A DNA stretch of 64,000 bases. Source: Candidatus Poribacteria bacterium. Its GTDB lineage: Bacteria > Poribacteria > WGA-4E > WGA-3G. This document shows, piece by piece, positions 48,955-59,800 of the stretch. The DNA lies in NCBI GenBank assembly GCA_965214095.1, contig OZ243938.1, positions 3,424,001 to 3,488,000 of the forward strand, written 5' to 3'. The notes beneath the pieces were generated by a model. That model was not told the DNA's origin. It was given only the letters and a program-made list of their open reading frames with translations, and made no database searches. Position numbers and translations under genes: made by a program. The stretch's first letter is position 1. Every line of letters begins with the position of its first letter.

Positions 48955-51900
48955 ATGATGAATATGTTAAAAGAAAAACGAAATATAATTGTGTTACTTA
49001 TCGTAGTCATGTTCTTAATAAATGGTGTACAAGGTATGAGTTATGGACAGGATGATGCTCTGACTGTTACCCCCGGTGAAACCAACACATCCATTAGTGT
49101 CAGATTTACAGATTTTCTCTTCGTTTATGATGAAAACGCATACCAAGTTCAGTTGCGTCGAAAAACACCGCAAGGAGAGTGGATAACAAAATGCGTGATT
49201 ATTTCGCTCAGCTATGGTCTCCATAATCTCGAATCCAGACCTCCCGGAAATTACGTAGGCAGTGTCATCTTCACAGACCTTGAGCCTGGTACTACATACC
49301 AAGCACGTTACCGAGATACAAACTTGTCAGAATGTCATGACAATCCCCCCGCTCCAAATCCGTGGTCTGCAATCGTAGAAGCGACAACACACTTAGTTAC
49401 ACCCCCACGTGTTGAATTTGTTGATGCTAATTTAGCGACATTAGTACGCAGGGCACTGGATCTTGATACTGGAGATGGAGTTGACCTCCTCAAAATCCCC
49501 AAAGAGAAACTGACAAAATTAAGAGGTGTATATGATAGGGTAGGAAAGATAAGGGACCTGACTGGTTTGGAACATGCGACTGAGCTTACGAAGTTAGATC
49601 TCTTTCTCCATCAAGTCATTGACATTACGCCACTTGCAGGACTCACGGAACTCACGGAGATAGATCTCGGAGGCAATGAAATCATTGATATTACGCCACT
49701 TGCAGGACTCACGGAACTCACGGAGTTATATCTTGGAGGTAATGAAATCAGAGATATAACTCCGCTTACCCAACTCACACAACTCACGGAGTTAGATCTC
49801 TCAGACAATTATATCATTGACATTAGTCCGCTTGCAGGGTTGACGCAGCTAACGATATTATATCTCAGTTATAATCAAATACAGGACATCACACCGCTTT
49901 CAACACTAACACAACTGACATCGTTACGTCTTCTTACTAATCAAATCAGTGACCTTACTCCTCTCGCACAACTCACACGATTGGTTAGGTTACACCTAAA
50001 GAAAAATGAAATCACCGATGTCACACCGCTCACACAACTCACTAACTTAGAATATATAAATTTAGAAGACAACAATATCACTGATATCACACCCTTGGCA
50101 CAACTCTCGGATCAGACACAGATAGATACTGATTCTTTTGGGAAAGGATTGCTGCCAAGTCAAATTGAACTTTTGACAGTCTCGTCCTCAGAACCGTTGT
50201 TAGAAGCAACACTGAACGGAAGTCCGGTGACACTCACACTGCTACCGAGTGGTGCGGCTTATGATACATCAATTGAAAATATCAGAAACGCCTTGACATT
50301 AACCGGTATTGAGGGCATGACTGTATCTGATGTGATACGCGTAAGTGATACAGAACTAAAAGTGTCGTTTGAATTTACGGGTAATTTGGAAAACACTACC
50401 CTGTTGACCATTTCACTTGGCGCGGAGGCAGTTACTGGTTACGAAGGTCGCACACTCACGGGTGAAATTCCTGTTTACCCTGACATAGAATTAACTGTAT
50501 CATCCAGCGATCCGTTGACAGCTGCCACCCTGCATGGAAGTGTTGTAACGCTAAGTAAGGGGCGGTTTAGTTCCAATTATTATGTTAAGCGTGGTACCTG
50601 GCTATCTGGCGTTACCGGCGTCACTATTGATAGCCAGACAGATATAGAAAGGGTCAGTGCTACCGAGGTGAAAATTACACTTACTTATGATGGCAGCGGC
50701 AGCATTGACGAGGATACGATCCTGACCTTCACCCTTAGACCGTATGCAATATCAAATTACAGTGGTCCCTCACTTACCGCTGAGATACCTGTTTCCCCAT
50801 CAACCGAAATAGAAGTAAATAGAGATTTAGTAGCATCAACAGCATTTCCGTTGACGAAGGAAACCTTGAATCGAAGTTTAGTGCTACTGACGCTGCAAAA
50901 TGATTCCTATTCCTTTTTACAAGGCTCTGTACTTACTGTGACGCTATCGGGAATTGATGGGGTCTCTAACAGAGGATTTGGTCTTGATGTAAATCACATA
51001 AATAGCAAGGAAATCGTTGTTAGGATTAACTTTCGAGGAGACTTTGATACCGATGCTACTCTAATCTTATCAGTTCCCTCAAAGGGAATAGAAAACTACA
51101 AAGGCCCACCGCTCTCAGGGGCGTTACCTGTCACTGTGAAATCGGGAAGGCAGGTGCTTGTACCAGAATCCCAGCGACCTTCAATGTTTTGGATCAACAC
51201 GGATACTGACAAGATTGAGTCACTTGACCGTTTTGATGCGATTACGAATCATGTCGCAAGTCTAACTGTAGATGCAGCAGGTGGCAAGATTTACTGGGCT
51301 GAGCACGGTAGCAGTCGCGGGATAATCAAAAGTGCCAATCTTGACGGGACAAACGTTGAGGTGTTGACAACCGAACCAATCACTGCTAACAGCCTTACCG
51401 TTGACACTGCGGATAGCAAACTCTATTGGATAGATTCAACGCAAGATAAAATCCTAAGTGTTAATCTCAATGGCGAAAATATCCGCACCATCATCGAAAC
51501 TGGTAATAATATTTTGAATTTCGCTGTAGATGCAGCAGGCGGCAAACTCTATTGGACGGATAAATTTAGCATTTGGCGTGTGAACCTTGATGGGACAAAT
51601 AACGAAAAAATATTGACTAATTCAGGATTATACCCATTAATAGGGGGCATTGTTGTAACAGATGGTAAAATCTATTGGTCAGAACGACGGTCATCTGTAA
51701 GTGGCAACATCCGTCGTGCTAACCTCAACGGTACAGACATTGAAACGCTCGCTACACCACTGGGTAACCCTACCGACATTGCCGTTGACACTGTAGATGG
51801 CAAGATATATTGGCTAAACTCGTTTGGTGGAATCCAGCGGATGGACATCAACGGTGGAGAGATTGAGAATGTTGTTTACGGTATAGATGCAACGGGAGGT

Positions 51901-52977
51901 TTTGCGGTAGGTCTAGTCTCAACGCAACCGACAACACCAACCACGCCTGAAACACCAACCACCGATGCCATCGTGAGCATTGCACCTATCTCTATAGCAT
52001 CCCCTGCTGTCGGGGAGCAGTTAGCAGTGAGTCTAAACATTACAGGGGGCGAAGCGGTTGCAGGCTATCAGGCAACTGTCCAGTTTGATGACACTGCCCT
52101 TCGGTTTGTCTCAGGTGCGAATGGTGATTTTCTACCCACGGGTGCATTCTTTGTGCAACCTATAGTGGAAGGAAATCTTGTAAAACTGACTGCTGCATCT
52201 CTTGCCGGAGAAAGCGATGGGGACGGAACACTCGCGACACTCACCTTTCAGGTCATCGCTGTGAAGGCATCCACTCTGACGTTATCTGATGTGCTGCTTA
52301 CCGATACTGAAGGTATCGCTTATGTTCCCAGTGTTGAAAACGCAGAGATAACTGAACCAAGCGGGCTCAAAGGGGATGTGAATGGAGATGGCATCGTGAA
52401 CATCCAAGACCTTGTGCTAGTCGCATCCAATCTCGGTAAGACAGGGCAAAACGCGGCAGATGTCAATGGTGATGGTGTTGTCAATATTCAAGACCTTGTC
52501 CTTGTTGCAGGTGCGTTGGGCACGAGTGCTGCAGCACCCTCTCTGCATCTCCAATCTCATGATACGCTCACGGCATCTGAAGTCAAAAAATGGCTATCCG
52601 AAGCACAGCAGTTAAACCTCACGGATGCAACGTCATTACAGGGCATTCTGTTCTTACAACAGCTTCTTGAGGCGTTGACACCGAAAGAGACTGCACTTTT
52701 GCACAACTACCCGAATCCGTTTAACCCAGAGACGTGGATTCCATATCACTTGTCAAAGGATACAGATGTCACACTGCATATCTATGCTGTGAATGGGACA
52801 TTGGTGCGGACGTTGTCGCTTGGACAGCAAGCGGCGGGTATCTATCAAAGTCGTTCACGTGCTGCGTATTGGGATGGTAAGAATGAGTTCGGTGAAAAAG
52901 TCGCAAGTGGCTTGTATTTCTATACGCTCACCGCTGGCGATTACTCTGCTACGCGTAAGATGCTGATACGGAAGTAG
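48955..52977 (+). CDS. Secreted FN3 - internalin LRR - repeat domains - YWTD propeller - cohesin - dockerin - FlgD-Ig CTD protein
   Basis: Signal peptide after an AAGGA RBS; LEPGTTYQARYR (FN3); 22-aa 'N.I.DITPLAGLT.L' repeats; KIYW/KLYWTD repeats; 'VAGYQATVQFD...GDGTLATLTF' (cohesin); twin DVNGDG.VNIQDLVLVA (dockerin); NYPNPFNPETWIPY...RKMLIRK. Confidence 0.9.
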   Translation: MMNMLKEKRNIIVLLIVVMFLINGVQGMSYGQDDALTVTPGETNTSISVRFTDFLFVYDENAYQVQLRRKTPQGEWITKCVIISLSYGLHNLESRPPGNYVGSVIFTDLEPGTTYQARYRDTNLSECHDNPPAPNPWSAIVEATTHLVTPPRVEFVDANLATLVRRALDLDTGDGVDLLKIPKEKLTKLRGVYDRVGKIRDLTGLEHATELTKLDLFLHQVIDITPLAGLTELTEIDLGGNEIIDITPLAGLTELTELYLGGNEIRDITPLTQLTQLTELDLSDNYIIDISPLAGLTQLTILYLSYNQIQDITPLSTLTQLTSLRLLTNQISDLTPLAQLTRLVRLHLKKNEITDVTPLTQLTNLEYINLEDNNITDITPLAQLSDQTQIDTDSFGKGLLPSQIELLTVSSSEPLLEATLNGSPVTLTLLPSGAAYDTSIENIRNALTLTGIEGMTVSDVIRVSDTELKVSFEFTGNLENTTLLTISLGAEAVTGYEGRTLTGEIPVYPDIELTVSSSDPLTAATLHGSVVTLSKGRFSSNYYVKRGTWLSGVTGVTIDSQTDIERVSATEVKITLTYDGSGSIDEDTILTFTLRPYAISNYSGPSLTAEIPVSPSTEIEVNRDLVASTAFPLTKETLNRSLVLLTLQNDSYSFLQGSVLTVTLSGIDGVSNRGFGLDVNHINSKEIVVRINFRGDFDTDATLILSVPSKGIENYKGPPLSGALPVTVKSGRQVLVPESQRPSMFWINTDTDKIESLDRFDAITNHVASLTVDAAGGKIYWAEHGSSRGIIKSANLDGTNVEVLTTEPITANSLTVDTADSKLYWIDSTQDKILSVNLNGENIRTIIETGNNILNFAVDAAGGKLYWTDKFSIWRVNLDGTNNEKILTNSGLYPLIGGIVVTDGKIYWSERRSSVSGNIRRANLNGTDIETLATPLGNPTDIAVDTVDGKIYWLNSFGGIQRMDINGGEIENVVYGIDATGGFAVGLVSTQPTTPTTPETPTTDAIVSIAPISIASPAVGEQLAVSLNITGGEAVAGYQATVQFDDTALRFVSGANGDFLPTGAFFVQPIVEGNLVKLTAASLAGESDGDGTLATLTFQVIAVKASTLTLSDVLLTDTEGIAYVPSVENAEITEPSGLKGDVNGDGIVNIQDLVLVASNLGKTGQNAADVNGDGVVNIQDLVLVAGALGTSAAAPSLHLQSHDTLTASEVKKWLSEAQQLNLTDATSLQGILFLQQLLEALTPKETALLHNYPNPFNPETWIPYHLSKDTDVTLHIYAVNGTLVRTLSLGQQAAGIYQSRSRAAYWDGKNEFGEKVASGLYFYTLTAGDYSATRKMLIRK

Positions 52978-52987
52978 AATTGAAAAT

Positions 52988-53738
52988 ATGGAAGATTGGA
53001 AAAATCGATGGCACTTCATACTTATCCCAAATGACCGAGAACCTCAGCCTGACATAGACACAAAATTGGATAGGTTAGTAAAAGAACTCCAACAATTTTA
53101 CGCTGATCAGATGGAATTTCATGCGTTTGAAAGAAAAACATTTAGATTTGAGGCAGATGATGCCGGAAATGTCATTGTGCATCACGTCAACGGAAATTTT
53201 GACGAAGCATATTATCAGAATCCAGAAACTACATCTTGGATTGTATGGAGGGAAATTGAAGCACAGTTTGACATGTCAAAGAATATCTATCTTCTTGTGT
53301 TAGATACCGATAGTAATATGATTAAAACGAAAGAATCCGGATGTAAAAATATATATTTCCGATAAAAATGGTCGCACCAAGGTACTACCTGTCACTCTAT
53401 CCCATTTCCAAGCAGAACACACCAACACAGGTGTTCTCCTCAAATGGACAACAGAATCCGAAGTAGATAACGCAGGATTTTACGTATACCGTAGCGAAAC
53501 AAAAGATGGTGATTACAAGGTTGTCAACCCGACAATGATTCAAGGTGCTGGTACAACAGGTGAACGCAACGGGTACACATGGACAGATGCCACTGCTAAA
53601 CCGAATACTGTCTACTATTATCGGATAGAGGATGTGTCGCATGCTGGGGAACGGGAACAGTTAGCAACGGTGCGGTTGAGAGGGTTAATCTCCGCAAGTG
53701 GAAAACTGACGATCCGTTGGGCAGATTTGAAAATTTAG
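52988..53738 (+). pseudogene. Chimeric remnant: start of a peptidase domain joined to an 'LPVTL...GKLTIRWADLK' C-terminal domain
   Basis: 52988-53365 resembles the giant protein's pre-HExxH segment (PNDR...QQFYADQME.H...TF..E.D..G...VH.VNG) but lacks HExxH and a signal peptide. After a frame change near 53330 it reads NPDVKIYISDKNGRTKVLPVTLSHF...WTTESEVDNAGF...GKLTIRWADLKI*. Confidence 0.7.
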
Positions 53739-53862
53739 GTTAAGTTGGGTTCGCTAAGATTCTACACAACCTAATGTTGATACGGAAATAGCAGTTTGCA
53801 ATTGGGTGTTTTGCGAAACTAAACCTGACCTACAAACACAAAGAAATTATGGAGTTATGACA

Positions 53863-56800
53863 ATGAAGAATATGTTAGTCAATAAAAAAATTATATCGTT
53901 GATACTACTCACAATTTTCTTAATTTGTATTATTCAAAGTCCAAGCCACGGTGGTTTCCTTGATAATATACTAGGTATCTTTACTGCAATCATAGATCTT
54001 ATTATTGATATTGCTGAGGGTGTCGTCAAAATTGCTGAGGGTGTCGCTAATCTCTCTATTCGGATTGTTGGCACCGTGTTTTGGGACACGGGGAGTCTCA
54101 CAAATATCACTCCTGCCTATCACGATGGTGGGATATTTGGTGTAATTGTTTCAAACAATATTCATCTATGGGACGCATTAACACATCAAACTCTGAACAC
54201 GTTCACATACACATCTAACCTCACAGATATCGTCTTCAGTTTAGATGGATTGCTGATTGCCAGCGGAAGCGATGATAATACAGTTCAATTGTGGGACCCA
54301 AATACATTACAACTGAAAACGAAACTCATCGGACATACGGACAGTGTGCTCAGTGTGTCCTTCAGTCCGGATGGATCCATGCTCGCCTCGGCAGGTGCAG
54401 ATGGGTTTGTGAAATTGTGGAATCCAGAGACTTTTCAAAACTTAGGTAGTTTCGGTGGACACACCGACACCGTGCGAAGCATCAAATTCAGTCCGAATGG
54501 TTCTATTCTCGCCTCCGCTGACAACGACCATAGTATCCGGTTTTGGAATCCACAAACGCAAACACTCCAAACGACATTGGTCGGACATACTGCGGCTATT
54601 TTGAGTCTTGCTTTCAGTGCAGATGGGGCAATGCTTGCCAGTGCAAGTGAAGATGGCACCGTCCGTGTATGGGACACGCAAAATAATCAAGAACTTGCAC
54701 GAGTCTTCTGTTTACAGTGTAGACTTTAGTCCGGGAGGGAAAGTGATCGTAACAGGCACAGAGGACGGTGTAGCACGGTTGTGGGATCCAGAGAATAAAA
54801 CAGTGTTAGCTACCCTTGGGCATGAGTCACCTGTGAAAAACGTCGCATTTGCCAAATCAGGTTCCATGCTCATTACGGGTAGTGCTGATAACAAAATGCG
54901 TCTATGGGATATCTCGGAGGAAACAGAAGAAAGCGAAGACTTAATCAGCAACCGCACGCTGCAGATGCGTACGACTATACTTTCCTTACTCCGTTCAGAA
55001 GATCCAACCATTTCCGGTCATTCTGACATCACTGCCGCACACCTTGCTAACATTACTACCTTAAATCTAAACAACAAAAACATCACATCCCTGAAAGTCG
55101 ACGATTTTGATGGACTCACCAATTTGCAGACACTACGTCTTAATTTTAATCGACTGACATCGTTGCCAGTAGGTATTTTTGACGACAATACATCGCTCAG
55201 TAATCTCAATCTTTATAGAAACCAATTGAGTAGTTTACCAGATGGCATCTTTGAAGGCAAAACATCGTTAACGACGCTCCGCCTTGGTCGCAATGCAGTT
55301 GACCCACTTCCAATCTTTGTTTCATTAGAAAAGGTCGCAGAAGGTCAGTTCAAAGCTGTGGCACCGACTGGTGCAACGTTTAATTATGTTTTGCCTATCA
55401 CCGTTACCAACGGTAGCGTCAACGGTGGGATAACGACACTCATGATCCCGCATGGTAGTGTGGAAAGTATTATCCTCAGGGTAACGCGCACAGCAGGTAC
55501 TATTGCTAATGTTACCGTCAATATTGGGACACTACCGAACCTGCCGCGCAACCATTACGGCTATGCACTGGTGAAATCTGATGCACAACCTTTAGCGGTT
55601 ATCAGTGCAACCAATACACAGCAGGTAGGTGTCAACATCCCCGATGCCAATCTACGTGCGAAAATTGAATCTGCACTCCGCAAAACATCTGGTGCAACAA
55701 TTTCCGCTATGGAGATGACGACATTAACTACACTTAATGCACAAGACGCAAGTATTACCAACTTGACTGGACTTGAAACAGCGACAAACATTACAACACT
55801 CAAACTTGGAAATAACACAATATCGAATATATCCGCACTATCTGGATTGACAAGTTTGACAGAGTTGCAGCTATGGGACAACCAAATCACGAATTTATCA
55901 TCACTTAGGGGATTAAATAGCCTGACGAAGTTATACCTGTGGGGGAACAACATTTCAGATATATCGCACATATCAGGATTAACAAATCTCACGCATCTAC
56001 GTCTCGGTGAAAACAGTATCTCAAATATAGGTGCAGTGTCAAGATTGACGAACCTGACGGAGCTGTATCTGAATGAGAATACTATAACAGATATTTCCGC
56101 GGTATCTGGATTAACAAACCTCACAGCACTTCGTATCGGAAACAATACAATATCGGATATAACACCTGTTCAGAACCTAACGAACCTTGAATGGTTGGAC
56201 ATGCCGAACAACAGCATTTTGGATATATCCGCAGTCCAAAATCTAACGTCACTGGTAGAGTTATATTTTGCAAATAATGCTGTCTCCGATCTATCACCTT
56301 TAGTGGCAAATACCGGATTTGGAGAGTTCTCCGAAATTGATGCCCAGGGTAATCCGTTGAGTTATCCTTCAATCTATACGCACATTCCTGCACTACAGGC
56401 GAAAGATGTGTATATTGACTTTGACAGCCGAGTAGCAACTGCACTGGTGAAAATATCGGGGGATACACAGCAAGGGAACACCGGTACCGCACTTACACAG
56501 CCGTTTATCGTGGCGGTACGAGATGGAAGCAGTGTCGTTTTTGCGGGAGTGCCGGTAACCTTTGCAGTTACAGCAGGCGGTGGCACACTTAGTGCAACAA
56601 ACACCACAACCGATCTCAACGGTAGGGCACAAACCACGTTGACACTCGGTAATACCGTTGGCACAAACACCGTGCGCGTCAGTGTTACGGGTATCACGCA
56701 GACGATTATATTTACTGCTACAGCGATAACAGCACCAATCGTTACAGTATCTCCTATAGCCAACCGTACTCCACAAGTACGAGATGCAATCGTCGTTGCA

Positions 56801-59800
56801 CTCCCCGGTATTAACAGTGCCAACGATGTAACCGAAGCACATCTCCGAACAATTACACACTTAAATCTGAAAAACAAAAACATTTCAACTTTAAAGGAAG
56901 GTGATTTTGACGGGTTGTCGGCACTTACCGAACTCCAACTACAACAGAACCGATTAACAACACTTCCTGCTAATATCTTTTCCGGATTGTCGGCTCTGAG
57001 GACGCTCTATCTGAGTAGCAATCAACTTGCAAGCTTACCGATGTCTGTGTTTTCAGGTTTATCGTCGTTGTCTAACCTATACCTGAATAATAACAAGCTT
57101 ACCAATTTACCCGAAACAGTTTTCTCCGGACTGACCTCACTGAGACAGATAAACATGCACACAAACCAGCTGACAACACTCCACGTCAATGTGTTCTCGG
57201 GGTTATCGTCACTGAACCAAATAAGTGTCAACGACAACAGATTGACAAGTTTACCAGAAAATGTGTTCTCTGGACGGACAGGTCTGGTATACCTCTATTT
57301 GGATGGTAACCGACTAACGAACCTACCAGCAAACTTGTTTTCTGGCTTGTCGGCATTACAGCAGCTCAAGTTTAATAACAATCGACTGAGTGCTTTACCT
57401 GCAGGTTTATTTAGTGGGTTGTCATCATTATCATGGCTCCTGATCCATAATAACACAGTAAACCCGTTCCCCTTTACCGTCTCATTAGAAAAGGTTGGTA
57501 CAAATCAGTTCAAAGCGACCGCGCCTGTGGGTGCCCCATTCACTTTGACAATACCGGTCAGTATCGTTAACGGTAGCATCAGCGGCGGTGCTTCTACCCT
57601 AACAATACCAGCAGGTAACGTCGAATCACAAGTGCTCACCATTACACGCACACTCGGCACAACGGGTGCTGTTACCGTGGATATCGACACATTGCCGGGG
57701 TTACCGACGCAACATCAAGGTTACGTACTTGTCAAGTCATCGACTTTGCCGTTAACAATCATCAATGCGCTCAATAATAACGCACCAATATTCACGGAAG
57801 GCACAAGCACGACGCGTGCAATTGCAGAAAACACGTCATCAGGTGTCAACATCGGCAGTGCTGTATCCGCAACGGATATTGAAAACGACACATTAACTTA
57901 TAGTCTCAGTGGCACAGATGCATCAGCATTCAATATAGATACAACGAACGGGCAGCTGCAAACGTTGGCAGCACTCGACTACGAAACAAAATCGTCCTAC
58001 ACGGTGACAGTCACAGTCTCCGATGGCAACCTCACAGATACAATCACTGTCACTGTAAATATTACCGACATTGATGAATTACCGACAGATTCAAACGTTT
58101 GTATGGTTGGAGACATCCTCGCCCCCGGTGAGAGTTGCACGTATCCAGACTCAGATGCTGTTTTCTCTGTGCTTGCCAATGGACATTCACAATGGAATAT
58201 TCCAAATTTACCGTCGTGGCTTCAGTGGATTAACCAAGTCGCAATTGGCGGATCAATGCGAATCACTGCAACAGTTAATAATACGACTTACCACTTCGTG
58301 GCAGAGTCTGTCAGCAATAAGTCTTGGGAAATAAAGGAGATCGGAGATGATACAAGCCAGCAGCCTGTTACACCTGATTCTACTGAAAACCCAGAAACAG
58401 CACCAACACTAACTACATCAACTGCAGCACCACTCACAGAGTCAGCACTGCATGGGGGTATCATCACACTTAACCTCAGCGGTGGCACTTTTGAGCACTC
58501 CAAGTTCACAATCAGAGATGCGATAACGTTGACCGGAATTTCTGGTGTTACCGTTGACACATTCGGTGTTGATCGGGTGAGTGATACGCAGGTCACTGTT
58601 GAACTGGAATTTGATGGGAATATGACAAGTGACAGCAACCTGACCATCTCTTTGGGGGCAGATGCAATTAAGGATTATGATAGTTCGGCACTGACTGCGC
58701 AAATATCAGTCTCTGCAGTCAATGAATCGGTCACCGCTTCGCCATCCACATTGACCGAGGCGACACTTGATGGCACAGAAGTTACCCTCACGCTCAGTGG
58801 ACGGAAATTTGAACGATCTATTCTTGACATCAGAGATGCTGTGTCAGTCTCAGGCATATCGGGTGTAACATTCCCGTGGCACGACCCGGATAAGGAGAGT
58901 GATACCGAACTCACTGTGAAACTGGAATTTGATGGAGATATGACAAGTAATGGCACACTTACGTTTACCGTAAGTGCGGATGCTATCGCAGGATATAATG
59001 GTCCTGTCCTTACCGCGCAAATCTCTGTCTCTGCCACAGGTACAACAACCCCATCAAACCGTGCGCCAATATTTACTGAAGGTAGCAGTGCCACACGCTC
59101 GGTAGCAGAAAACACGGCATCAGGTGTAAATATAGGCAATCCTGTATCTGCTACAGATGCGGATGGAAATACGCTCACTTATAGTCTTGGTGGCACAAAT
59201 GCATCAGCCTTTAGCATTGTCAGCAGTTCAGGGCAGCTGCAAACGAAAGCATCGCTTGACTACGAAACGAAGACATCCTACTCGGTCACCGTCTCTGTCT
59301 CTGATGGAAATGGCGGGCGTGATAGCATCACCGTGACAATCAACATAACTGACATAAACGAAAATATTCCAAACCGCGCGCCAGTATTTACTGAAGGTAG
59401 CAGCACCACGCGCTCGGTAGCAGAAAACACGGCATCAGGTGTAAATATAGGCAATCCTGTATCTGCTACAGATGCGGATGGAAATACGCTCACCTATAGT
59501 CTTGGTGGCACAAATGCATCAGCCTTTAGCATTGTCAGCAGTTCAGGGCAGCTGCAAACGAAAGCATCGCTTGACTACGAAACGAAGACATCCTACTCCG
59601 TCACCGTCTCTGTCTCTGATGGAAATGGTGGAAGTGATAGCATTTCCACCACTATTAATATTACTGATGTGACTGAGACAGAAACAACTACAAATGGCAC
59701 ACCATCCATCAGTGTCTCTGCTGATACCACATTGACAGAAGCAACACTTGATGGCACAGAGGTTACCCTCACGCTCACAGGTGGCACTTACGAAAGCTTA

